Shown piece by piece: positions 1 to 8,387 of a DNA stretch of 64,000 bases. The notes under the pieces were generated by a model, which worked only from the letters and a program-made list of their open reading frames with translations, was not told where the DNA came from and did no database searches. Source of the DNA: Candidatus Omnitrophota bacterium (GTDB lineage: Bacteria; Ratteibacteria; UBA8468; B48-G9; JAFGKM01); assembly GCA_023819375.1 (NCBI GenBank), contig JAMWDI010000005.1, positions 130,715 to 194,714 of the forward strand, read 5' to 3'. The translations under genes were made by a program, and so were the position numbers. The number at the start of each line of letters is the position of its first letter. The first letter of the stretch is position 1.

Positions 1-769
1 CTCTGGTGTTGTAATAAAAGCTCTTGGTGTTTATGTAGTTATACGCCTTATTTTTAATCTTTTTGGTTTTAATCACATTATTAGCAATATTCTTGTTTAC
101 ATGGGAATTACTTCAATGATTATTGGAGTTTGTCTTGCTATTTTACAATGGGATTTAAAAAGACTTTTAGCATACCATTCAATAAGCCAGATGGGATATG
201 TTTTCTGTGGGATCGGTCTTGGAACTACACTTGGTATTTTAGGTGGCATTTTTCATCTATTTAATCATTCCTTATTTAAATCTTTACTTTTCCTTGACTC
301 TGGAAGTATTGAATATGAAACAGAAACAAGGGATTTAAATAAAATGGGGCTTCTTTACAAAAAAATGCCTATTACCTCTTTTTCTACACTTGTTGCATCT
401 ATGTCAATTTCTGGTATTCCACCTTTTAATGGATTTTGGAGTAAGTTTATAATAATACTTGCCTCAATTAAAGCTGGTAGACCAATTGTCGCTTTGTGGG
501 CTGTCATTGGAAGTATTTTAACCTTATCTTCTTTCACAAAAGTTTGTAGATACTCAATTTATGGAAAAGGAGAAAAATTTGATAAAGAGAAATGGGAAAA
601 ATTAAAGGAAGTGCCTGATTTTATGAGCATCCCTCTAATCATTTTATCCATTTTATGTATTTTCACTGGCCTTCTTTTGATAGGTTTAGAAAATGGAATT
701 TTTGGTCCTGTTATTGATGTTTTAAAGGGGGGTGTATTAGAATATATAAATAAAGTTTTAGGGGATTAA
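1..769 (+). CDS. mrpD: Mrp/Mnh antiporter subunit D (NuoN/NuoM-like proton-pumping subunit), 5'-truncated by window edge
   Basis: Reading frame is open from position 2 into the ORF at 101..769. Translation carries motifs typical of complex I NuoN / MrpD C-terminal half (HSSISQMGYV..GIGLGT..FHLFNH..FKSLLFL, RD.NKMGLL). Followed directly by mrpE-F-G. Confidence 0.6.
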   Translation, partial: SGVVIKALGVYVVIRLIFNLFGFNHIISNILVYMGITSMIIGVCLAILQWDLKRLLAYHSISQMGYVFCGIGLGTTLGILGGIFHLFNHSLFKSLLFLDSGSIEYETETRDLNKMGLLYKKMPITSFSTLVASMSISGIPPFNGFWSKFIIILASIKAGRPIVALWAVIGSILTLSSFTKVCRYSIYGKGEKFDKEKWEKLKEVPDFMSIPLIILSILCIFTGLLLIGLENGIFGPVIDVLKGGVLEYINKVLGD

Positions 770-770
770 A

Positions 771-1271
771 ATGAAAAAGGGTATTTTAATTATTTTACTT
801 TATATTGCTTGGATTTTTTTAACCTGGCCATTTGGAAAAGAAATTGACTGGCAAATTTTGATTGCTGGGCTTTTTATTTCAATTTTATCGGGTTTTATAT
901 TTGGAGAAGGTTTTACAGAAAGTCCACATAAATTTTTTGGAATAAAAAGATACTTCTGGGCAATTGCTTATATTCCTGTTTTAATCTTCTGGTGCATAGT
1001 TGCAAACCTTGATGTTGCATATAGAGTTTTACACCCAAATTTACCCATAAGACCTGGGATTGTAAAAGTTAAAACAAAATTGAAAAGTAAAAGTGGATTG
1101 ACTGCTCTTGCCAATTCAATAACATTAACACCAGGAACTATGAGTGTTGAAGTTGATCCCGAAGGATATATATATGTTCACTGGATTTATGTTAAAACAG
1201 ATGATATAGAAAAAGCAACAGAAATAATTGTTAAAAGATTTGAAAAAATACTTGAAAGGATATTTGAATGA
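771..1271 (+). CDS. mrpE: Na+/H+ antiporter subunit E (MrpE/MnhE)
   Basis: 166 aa. Two N-terminal TM helices followed by a soluble C-terminus typical of MnhE. Sits in the gene-order position between mrpD and mrpF, 1 bp after the upstream stop. Confidence 0.55.
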   Translation: MKKGILIILLYIAWIFLTWPFGKEIDWQILIAGLFISILSGFIFGEGFTESPHKFFGIKRYFWAIAYIPVLIFWCIVANLDVAYRVLHPNLPIRPGIVKVKTKLKSKSGLTALANSITLTPGTMSVEVDPEGYIYVHWIYVKTDDIEKATEIIVKRFEKILERIFE

Positions 1272-1525
1272 TTACATTATTATTTGTTTTTCTTTTAGTA
1301 TGTAGTTTTATGTGTCTTTATAGAATTTCAAGAGGGCCTACTCCTGCTGATAGAGTTGTTGGAATTGATATATTAGGAATTATTGTTGTAAATTTTTGTG
1401 CAATAGTAACTTTCTGGAGAAATGTAGACTTTTATATGAATATCGCTCTTTCCTGGGCATTATTAAGTTTCATAGGAACACTTGCAGTAAGTAAATTTCT
1501 TGAAGGAAAAGGATTTGATGAGTAA
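1268..1525 (+). CDS. mrpF: Na+/H+ antiporter subunit F (MrpF/MnhF)
   Basis: 85-aa small three-TM protein (ADRVVGIDILG motif typical of MnhF). Start overlaps the mrpE stop by 4 bp. Confidence 0.55.
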   Translation: MITLLFVFLLVCSFMCLYRISRGPTPADRVVGIDILGIIVVNFCAIVTFWRNVDFYMNIALSWALLSFIGTLAVSKFLEGKGFDE

Positions 1526-1535
1526 GGAGTAAAAA

Positions 1536-1859
1536 ATGAGAGAAACATTGAGTTTGATTTTTATGTTTATAGGAGGACTTTTCAATCTTTTTGGTTGTAT
1601 TGGACTCGTTAGGCTTCCTGATGTATATAATAGATTACAGGCATCAACAAAATGTGTAACTCTTGGAACCTGTTTAACCCTATTTGGTATAATAATATCA
1701 GGTCCAATTAATGCTTCTTTAAAAAGTTTACTCTGTATTATTTTTATCCTTATTACTGCACCTACTGCTGCTCATGCTCTATCACGAGCCAGCATAAAAT
1801 CTGGTGTAAAACTGTGGGAAAAAAGTGTTATTAATAAATTGGAGGAAGACAAAAAATGA
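1536..1859 (+). CDS. mrpG: Na+/H+ antiporter subunit G (MrpG/MnhG)
   Basis: 107 aa. MnhG-like sequence (LVRLPDVYNRLQASTK..LG, ..HALSRA). Last gene of the canonical mrp order. Confidence 0.6.
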   Translation: MRETLSLIFMFIGGLFNLFGCIGLVRLPDVYNRLQASTKCVTLGTCLTLFGIIISGPINASLKSLLCIIFILITAPTAAHALSRASIKSGVKLWEKSVINKLEEDKK

Positions 1860-2479
1860 AAAAACCTAAAATAAGAGAATTGAAAGAAGCAATTAAAAGT
1901 TTATTTTCAAAACCATATACTACAAAATTTCCTTATGAAGAACATAAACCATATCCAAAATTTAGAGGGAAACCACAATACAATGAAGACGAATGTGTTG
2001 GATGTGGCGGTTGCTTCCAAGTATGTCCTTCAAAAGCAATAGATATGATTGATGATTTAGAAAATAAAAAAAGAATTTTAATACACAATCCTGACAAATG
2101 TATTTTTTGTGGAGAATGTGAAAGAAATTGTATAACTCAAAAAGGCATTAAATTAACAAATCAGTTTGATATTTCATATTTGAAAAATCCTGATGAAGTA
2201 AAACATAAAGTAGAACATAATTTAATTTTATGCATTTTCTGCAAAGAAATAATAGGAACTGAAAAGCATATAAGATATATTTATAAAAAACTTGGTAATC
2301 TTGCCTATTCTCAACCCATTTTGATTACAAAGGCAATTGAAAATTTAAACATAAAAACTGAGCATGAAGAAAGATTAATCCCACCAATAGATAGGCAGGA
2401 TATATTAAAAATTATTTGCCCAAAATGTAGAAGAATTTCCTTTATAATAGATGAAAAAAAAGAAATAACAAAGAAATAA
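1856..2479 (+). CDS. 4Fe-4S dicluster ferredoxin-like protein (NuoI / hydrogenase small electron-transfer subunit-like)
   Basis: Two CxxCxxCxxxCP-type motifs (CVGCGGCFQVCP, CIFCGECERNC) plus further Cys pairs. Overlaps the mrpG stop by 4 bp, which suggests translational coupling with the Mrp module. Confidence 0.6.
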   Translation: MKKPKIRELKEAIKSLFSKPYTTKFPYEEHKPYPKFRGKPQYNEDECVGCGGCFQVCPSKAIDMIDDLENKKRILIHNPDKCIFCGECERNCITQKGIKLTNQFDISYLKNPDEVKHKVEHNLILCIFCKEIIGTEKHIRYIYKKLGNLAYSQPILITKAIENLNIKTEHEERLIPPIDRQDILKIICPKCRRISFIIDEKKEITKK

Positions 2480-2521
2480 TTTAGGTTTTCGTTATATAAG
2501 AATTAACAGAGAATTTCAAAA

Positions 2522-3736
2522 ATGGGAGCATTTTGGAAAATTATTCTTTATTTATTTCTTTCTATTTATGTTTTCCCTCAAAAAATGCCTATAAAATTAG
2601 GAATAGATGTTCTTTCAGAAAAAAATTATTCAATTTTAAAAGGGAAAAGAGTAGGAATAATAACAAACATTAGTGGATGTAACCAAAATCTCCATTCTAC
2701 AGTAAATATAATCTCTTCATTACCAGATGTTAAAGTTACAGCCATTTTTGCACCTGAACATGGATTTAAAGGAAACAAAATGGATTTAATTGAAGATTCA
2801 GAATTCAATAATATAAAAATTTTTAGTTTATTTGGGAAAACAAGAAGACCTACAGCAGAGATGCTTAAAGAAATTGATATTCTTATTTTTGATATTCAAG
2901 ATATAGGAACTCGCTCATATACCTATATTTCTACTCTAAGATATTGCATGGAAGAAGCGGCAAAAAATAATATTCTTTTTATTGTTCTTGACAGACCAAA
3001 TCCACTCGGAGGAATTCTTGTTGATGGTCCTGTCCTTGATATGAAATTTGAATCTTTTGTAGGAAGTTTACCTATAAGTTATGTTCATGGAATGACAGTT
3101 GGAGAAATTGCTTTATTCTTGAATAAAGAACTTAATATAAAATGTAATCTTGAAGTAATAAAAATGGAAAACTGGAAAAGAGAAATGATTTGGGATGATA
3201 CAGGACTTATCTGGACACCAACATCCCCACATATACCTGAACCGGATACCCCATTTTACTATCCCATAACAGGAATAATTGGAGAACTTGGCATTGTAAA
3301 TGTTGGAGTTGGTTATACATTACCATTTAAAATTATAGGAGCACCATGGATGGACGGTGAAAAAGTAGCAGAAGTTTTAAATAAAAAAAATTTAAATGGA
3401 GTATATTTTCAACCTTTCTATTTTACTCCTTTTTATTCTATCTTTAAAAATGAGGAATGTAATGGTTTTAGAATAATAATTAAAAACAAAAAAAATTATA
3501 AACCAGTTGAAGTATGCTATAATATTCTTGAAGTTCTTATAAGTCTTTATCCAGAAAAATTTGATTTTAGTAAAATACCGACTCCAAAAGTTGAAATGTT
3601 TGACAAAATAAATGGAACAGACCTTATAAGAAAAATGTTTCAAAATAATTTCAAAGCAGTTGATATTGTAAAGTTTTACCAGGAATCTTTAAATAAATTT
3701 ATTGAAAAAAGAAAAAAATATCTTTTATATGAATGA
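2522..3736 (+). CDS. DUF1343 family protein (NamZ-like exo-beta-N-acetylmuramidase family), secreted
   Basis: 404 aa with an N-terminal signal-like hydrophobic segment. GIDVL..KGKRVG(I/L)ITN and FAPEHGF.G motifs are typical of DUF1343. Confidence 0.55.
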   Translation: MGAFWKIILYLFLSIYVFPQKMPIKLGIDVLSEKNYSILKGKRVGIITNISGCNQNLHSTVNIISSLPDVKVTAIFAPEHGFKGNKMDLIEDSEFNNIKIFSLFGKTRRPTAEMLKEIDILIFDIQDIGTRSYTYISTLRYCMEEAAKNNILFIVLDRPNPLGGILVDGPVLDMKFESFVGSLPISYVHGMTVGEIALFLNKELNIKCNLEVIKMENWKREMIWDDTGLIWTPTSPHIPEPDTPFYYPITGIIGELGIVNVGVGYTLPFKIIGAPWMDGEKVAEVLNKKNLNGVYFQPFYFTPFYSIFKNEECNGFRIIIKNKKNYKPVEVCYNILEVLISLYPEKFDFSKIPTPKVEMFDKINGTDLIRKMFQNNFKAVDIVKFYQESLNKFIEKRKKYLLYE

Positions 3737-3777
3737 ATTTTAAATTTGAAAATTTTAAGGTAAAATTAAAAATAGAA

Positions 3778-3851
3778 GCGCTTGTCGCTTAATTGGATAA
3801 AGCACTGGCCTCCGGAGCCAGAGAATCCGGGTTCAAATCCCGGCAAGCGCA
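3778..3851 (+). tRNA. tRNA-Arg (anticodon CCG)
   Basis: Manual cloverleaf. Acceptor GCGCTTG/CAAGCGC; D-arm GCTT-AATTGGATA-AAGC; anticodon stem CTGGC/GCCAG with loop CTCCGGA (anticodon CCG); T-arm CCGGG-TTCAAAT-CCCGG; discriminator A. CCA is not encoded. Confidence 0.85.
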
Positions 3852-3858
3852 AAAATAA

Positions 3859-4332
3859 ATGAAAAGAAGAATTTTAATGATCTTGATTGGTGGATTTTAT
3901 CCTGTTTTTTGCATTTCTTTTTTTTATTTAATCATTCCATATATGTGGATAAAAACAGATGAGGCTTTCCATAAAGGACAATATAATAAGGCAATAGAAT
4001 ACCTATCTTTTATTTCTTTTTTTCAACCCCAAAACGTTGAATGTTATGTTTTAAAAGCATGGCTTCAATGGTCACAGGCAAAATATCTTTATTCACAAGG
4101 TTTACCATATGAAGAAAAATTAAATCAAGCAGTAAAAACATATAAAAAGGGAGAAAAAAATAATCCTCAAAATTGGTGGATATATTATGAAGAAGGAATG
4201 ATGTGGGAAGCATTTGGAGAAAAAGAAAAAGCATTAAAAGCATATTATATAAGTTCAAAATACAGTTTGACTCCATATAATAAAATATATAAAATAAAAA
4301 AAGAAAAATTCAAGATGAAAATAGAAAATTAG
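3859..4332 (+). CDS. hypothetical membrane-anchored protein (TPR-like, W/Y-rich)
   Basis: 157-aa ORF with an N-terminal TM segment and a plausible RBS. No recognisable family. Confidence 0.35.
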   Translation: MKRRILMILIGGFYPVFCISFFYLIIPYMWIKTDEAFHKGQYNKAIEYLSFISFFQPQNVECYVLKAWLQWSQAKYLYSQGLPYEEKLNQAVKTYKKGEKNNPQNWWIYYEEGMMWEAFGEKEKALKAYYISSKYSLTPYNKIYKIKKEKFKMKIEN

Positions 4333-4335
4333 GAG

Positions 4336-4788
4336 GTGCATATGAAGAAGTTTATTTATACTTTATCTTTTCTACTATCTATTTTGCTTTTTGCTGGAGA
4401 AACCAAAAAAGCAACATATGAAGAAGTCAAAAAATCTATAGAGTTAATTGAAAAATTTATTAAAGAGGGGAAAGAAGAATTGATACCAGTTTTTAATGAA
4501 GCAATAGAAATAGAAAAAAGAGCAACTACACCGTATTTAGCAGATAAAATAAAGAAAAAAATATGTAAAACAACAAAGATAAAGGAAGAGGTTTTTGAGA
4601 TTTACAGAAATAAATTTTCTTTTTTTGATATTGCCATTGCATGGGCTATAAATTGTGTTAAGGGTGTACCAATTGAAAAAGTATTAGAAGAAAGAGAAAT
4701 AAAAGAATGGGATGAAATTATTAAAAATGATTACAAAGTAATAGCAGAAAAAATTAAAGAATTAAATCCAAAACTAAAATCCTTTTAA
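4336..4788 (+). CDS. hypothetical secreted protein
   Basis: 150-aa ORF with an N-terminal signal-peptide-like segment, Lys/Glu-rich. AGGAGG RBS 8 bp upstream. Confidence 0.4.
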   Translation: MHMKKFIYTLSFLLSILLFAGETKKATYEEVKKSIELIEKFIKEGKEELIPVFNEAIEIEKRATTPYLADKIKKKICKTTKIKEEVFEIYRNKFSFFDIAIAWAINCVKGVPIEKVLEEREIKEWDEIIKNDYKVIAEKIKELNPKLKSF

Positions 4789-5508
4789 GAGACTTCCTAT
4801 TTTTGAAGGAAGCCCTTTTTCTATTATTTTTTGAATTGTTTTTTTATAATCATATTCAATCCTATCAAGTTTAAAAAATCTTCTATCAGTGTCATAAATA
4901 CTAACGCAAACAAAAGGAAAACCATCACGTGGAAACCCAACACTTCCAACATTTATTATATATTTAAAATCTTCTTTTATTTCAATTTCCATTTTTCCAC
5001 TAAAATCAGAAATGATTTTTTCAATTTTTCCATTTTCAATTTTTTTTATGAAACCACCAGGAATATGTGTATGTCCTACAAAACAAATTTTTCCTTCAAG
5101 TTTTTCAAATTCTTCTTCAGCATCTTTTAATTTTAAAATATATTTATAAAAAATATCTGTAAGTGAGGCATGAACAAAAATAATATCTTCCATTTTTTCA
5201 ATTTCTTTCCATCCTTTAATTTTTTCAATCTTTTCATTAATTTCTTTTATTGTCCATTCAAGCGATATTCTTGCATATTCTTTAAACCTTATAAATTCTT
5301 TATTTATAATACCTTCTTCATGATTCCCTCTAAGAATAACTTCTGCAAAATTTTCTGCAAGATTTATACATCTTTCAGGATCGGGCCCATAACCAATAAC
5401 ATCTCCACAAATTATTAACTTATCAATCTTATTCTTTTCAAAATAAAATAACGCCCTTTCAAAACTTTCAAGATTAGAATGAATATCGCTGATTATACCT
5501 ATTCTCAT
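4774..5508 (-). CDS. metallophosphoesterase (calcineurin-like; PPP-type Ser/Thr phosphatase-like motifs)
   Basis: Motifs SDIHSN (GDxHG-like), CGDVIGYGP (GDxxDRG-like) and RGNHEE (GNHE). 244 aa. Overlaps the kinase gene downstream on the same strand. Confidence 0.65.
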   Translation of the reverse strand: MRIGIISDIHSNLESFERALFYFEKNKIDKLIICGDVIGYGPDPERCINLAENFAEVILRGNHEEGIINKEFIRFKEYARISLEWTIKEINEKIEKIKGWKEIEKMEDIIFVHASLTDIFYKYILKLKDAEEEFEKLEGKICFVGHTHIPGGFIKKIENGKIEKIISDFSGKMEIEIKEDFKYIINVGSVGFPRDGFPFVCVSIYDTDRRFFKLDRIEYDYKKTIQKIIEKGLPSKIGSLLKGF

Positions 5509-6220
5509 ATATTTTCCGAAGTTCTGTTAAAATTTCCTTAATTGATGGTCTTTTTTTAATCTCATTTGATTTTGCCTTTATAACAATAGGATAAATTTTT
5601 TCAAAAAAATCATAATCAAAAAGATATTCTTCAAGAATAACACTGTAAGAATAAACATCACTTTTAAAATCAATAATTCCCTCTTTTCTTTCAGGAGCAA
5701 TATATTTTTCAGTTCCTCCAGAATAAAAAACTTTCCTTTTTAAAAAACCTATTTTTTCAGCAAATCCAAAATCAATAAGTTTAATTTTTTGAAAATCATT
5801 ACTTATAAGTATATTTTCAGGCTTTATATCATTATGAACTATTTTTTTTGAGTGAATATATTCAATTGTTTCCCCCACTTTAATCAAAATATATAAAATT
5901 TTCTCTGGTGTCAACTGAAATTTATCAGAAAAAATTCTTAAACTACTACCATCCACATATTCCATAAAAACAAAATAAAGTCCTCCCTTTTTCCCAAATT
6001 TATAAACTTTTATTATGCCGGGATGGGAAAGTTTTTTAAGTAATTTATACTCTTTTTTAAAAATTTTTATTTGACACTTTTCATTTCTGTAAGGATGAAG
6101 AATTTTAATAGCAACTATATCCCCATTTTCTGAAATTCCTTTATAAACTGTTGACGTTGCCCCCTGCCATATTCTTTCACTTATTGTATAATTTCCAATT
6201 TGAATTCCAATAATTTTCAT
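5474..6220 (-). CDS. Ser/Thr protein kinase (Hanks-type), short single-domain
   Basis: ATP-binding Gly loop plus VAIK; catalytic loop HNDIKPENILIS; DFG motif; APE-like (YIAPE) motif. Confidence 0.75.
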   Translation of the reverse strand: MKIIGIQIGNYTISERIWQGATSTVYKGISENGDIVAIKILHPYRNEKCQIKIFKKEYKLLKKLSHPGIIKVYKFGKKGGLYFVFMEYVDGSSLRIFSDKFQLTPEKILYILIKVGETIEYIHSKKIVHNDIKPENILISNDFQKIKLIDFGFAEKIGFLKRKVFYSGGTEKYIAPERKEGIIDFKSDVYSYSVILEEYLFDYDFFEKIYPIVIKAKSNEIKKRPSIKEILTELRKIYENRYNQRYSF

Positions 6221-6275
6221 AACCGTATAATTTTAATATTTTTTTTGAATTTTTCAACAATCAATAAATTTTAAA

Positions 6276-6292
6276 AATGCTTGATAAGCATT
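6276..6292. promoter_or_regulatory. 17-bp palindrome AATGCTT-GAT-AAGCATT in the divergent kinase/ROK intergenic region (candidate operator)
   Basis: Perfect 7-bp inverted repeat with a 3-bp spacer, read directly from the sequence. Lies in the 175-bp region between divergent genes. Confidence 0.4.
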
Positions 6293-6337
6293 AAAAAACC
6301 TAATGGAAAATACCTATAAAGTTAAATTATAAAAAAT

Positions 6338-6365
6338 TTGACAAAATTTGAAATATAGATATAAT
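6338..6365 (+). promoter_or_regulatory. sigma70-like promoter upstream of the ROK gene (TTGACA-16-TATAAT)
   Basis: TTGACA at 6338..6343, 16-nt spacer, TATAAT at 6360..6365. About 30 bp upstream of the ROK start at 6396. Confidence 0.45.
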
Positions 6366-6395
6366 TAATTTAAGTAAATTAACTAATCTCAAAAT

Positions 6396-7541
6396 ATGAT
6401 AGTAAATAAAGATTTACAAGAAAAAATATTGAATTATATCAAAGAAAAAGGGCCAAGTCCGAGAAAAGAAATAGCCCAATCTCTTGGTGTATCACAAGCA
6501 ATAATAACGCAAGTAACAAAGTATATGATATCTAAGAATATAATCTATGAAAAAGAGATAGGGCCTTCCACAAAGAAAGGTGGTAGAAAACCTATATATA
6601 TTGATATTAATTCTGAAACTGGATATATAATGTCTCTTGATGTTGGTTCATATGAAATAAAAGGTGGAATAGGAAATTTAAAAGGAGATGTTTTACTTTT
6701 AGACAAATTAAGAACCTCTTTAGATAATACATTAAATCAAATAATTGAATTTTCAGAAAGACTCCTAAATAAATATAGAGATAAACTTTTAGGAATAAGT
6801 ATAGGTCTTCCTGGAGTTGTAGATATAGAAAAAGGCATTTTAGTTTTTAGTGCAAACCTACCCTCAATTAATAATATTAATTTCAAAAAAATATTTGAAA
6901 ACAAATATAGAGTAAAAACATTTGTCTCAAACTGTGGAATCTTTTCATTGATTGGAGTTTATAATCATTTGAAGAAAAAAGAAAAAAACATTTTAAATCT
7001 TTATTGGGGAAATGGTATATCTGCTACTTTTCTTTCTGAAGGAAAAGAAATACTAACAGGTAAGACAAAATATAGAATTGATTTTGGGCATATAACAATT
7101 GATAAAAATGGAAAGTTATGTAGATGTGGCAAGAGAGGATGTATTGAAAGTTATGTAAGCAGTGAGGCATTGTTGAACAAAATTAAAGAAAAAATAAATA
7201 AAGAAATTGATATGGATTATGCATTGAAATTAGCAAGAGAAAGAGAAGATATAAGGGAGATATTTGAAGAGGCAGGATATGTTGTAGGTAAAACTTTATC
7301 TTTTCTTATCCAATACTTTTTCCCTGATTTGGTTGTTTTTTCTGGGGGATTGATTAAAAATGCGGGAGATATTCTTATCCCTTCAATAAAAAATGGAATA
7401 AAAGATAATATGGATGAAAAACAATATGAAAAATTAAACTTTAAAGTTATTGAGACAGAATATATTGGAGTAATTGGAGGAATAGAATTTATGATAAATG
7501 AAATATTTTCAAAACACCTTCATTTATTATATCAAGTATAA
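6396..7541 (+). CDS. ROK family transcriptional regulator / sugar kinase (NagC/XylR-type)
   Basis: N-terminal wHTH (EIAQSLGVSQAIITQV); ROK sugar-kinase fold with the zinc motif CRCGKRGCIESY (CxCGxxGCxE signature). Confidence 0.75.
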   Translation: MIVNKDLQEKILNYIKEKGPSPRKEIAQSLGVSQAIITQVTKYMISKNIIYEKEIGPSTKKGGRKPIYIDINSETGYIMSLDVGSYEIKGGIGNLKGDVLLLDKLRTSLDNTLNQIIEFSERLLNKYRDKLLGISIGLPGVVDIEKGILVFSANLPSINNINFKKIFENKYRVKTFVSNCGIFSLIGVYNHLKKKEKNILNLYWGNGISATFLSEGKEILTGKTKYRIDFGHITIDKNGKLCRCGKRGCIESYVSSEALLNKIKEKINKEIDMDYALKLAREREDIREIFEEAGYVVGKTLSFLIQYFFPDLVVFSGGLIKNAGDILIPSIKNGIKDNMDEKQYEKLNFKVIETEYIGVIGGIEFMINEIFSKHLHLLYQV

Positions 7542-7622
7542 GGAGGTGATGTAAATATGAGGGGAAAGAATTAAAATTGTAGAAAATTAAATTACATAAA
7601 AAATAAAAAAGGAGGGAATAAA

Positions 7623-8360
7623 ATGAAAACAAAAAATAAAAAGTTAGGGTTCACATTAATAGAATTACTTGTTGTGGTAGCAATAATCGCAATTTTAGCA
7701 GCGATGTTGCTACCTGCTTTATCAAAAGCACGCGAAAGAGCAAGACAGGCAGTTTGTATGAATAATTTAAAACAATTGGGACTTGCAATGTTAATGTATG
7801 TTGAGGATTATGACGGTTATTTTATTCCTACAGGAACTGCTCCAAATTATTCTTTGCCTTATGGATATTGGGCAGCAAGATTAGACCAATATTATGTAAA
7901 AAACCCAAGAACTTTCTATTGTCCCTCTACCATTCATTACAAAAAAGTTGAAGCAAGACTAAGGGATCCTGTTGGTTCTTATAACTGGAGAGAGGCACAT
8001 AATTTTGTAAGTTATGGATACAATCATAGACATATAGGTACAAGTTTTAGATATACAAATCCTAACACTTCAAATTCTCCGCCTGCAAAACTTTCTCAAC
8101 TTAAAAATCCATCAAAAACTTTGCTACTTTGCGATGCCGGAAACCGCGGAGTTAATTATACAACAGGAACCTATTATGTAGAAGACTATGAGGAAAATAA
8201 TGCTTTTAATCCAATTCATATGAGCAAAGGAAATGTTTTAATGGCAGATGGACACGTTGAAGTATTGGGACCAGTTCCTCCAAATGTTCATCCAAACAAT
8301 TTCTTGAGGGATAAATTTACGACAGAGAAAAAATTCTATGGCTTATTCGGTAGATATTAA
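7623..8360 (+). CDS. DUF1559-type pseudopilin (prepilin N-terminal cleavage/methylation domain + H-X9-DG-like C-terminus)
   Basis: N-terminus [33 protein letters not shown] (class III signal / PulG-like). C-terminal MADGHVE motif characteristic of the DUF1559 family abundant in PVC-group and related lineages. Confidence 0.7.
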   Translation: MKTKNKKLGFTLIELLVVVAIIAILAAMLLPALSKARERARQAVCMNNLKQLGLAMLMYVEDYDGYFIPTGTAPNYSLPYGYWAARLDQYYVKNPRTFYCPSTIHYKKVEARLRDPVGSYNWREAHNFVSYGYNHRHIGTSFRYTNPNTSNSPPAKLSQLKNPSKTLLLCDAGNRGVNYTTGTYYVEDYEENNAFNPIHMSKGNVLMADGHVEVLGPVPPNVHPNNFLRDKFTTEKKFYGLFGRY

Positions 8361-8387
8361 TTTTTGTTGAACAATAAGGGAGGATAA

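Noticed and set aside
3945-3953. Perfect DnaA-box complement TGTGGATAA
   Set aside because: It is a single isolated 9-mer inside a coding region (3859..4332) far from dnaA and is expected by chance. Not evidence for oriC.
4791-4825. Hairpin GACTTCC-tatttttga-GGAAGCC followed by T-run as a bidirectional terminator between convergent genes
   Set aside because: The structure lies within the 3' coding end of the minus-strand phosphoesterase gene. The stem is only 5 bp plus mismatches. It may still attenuate the + strand transcript, but evidence is weak.
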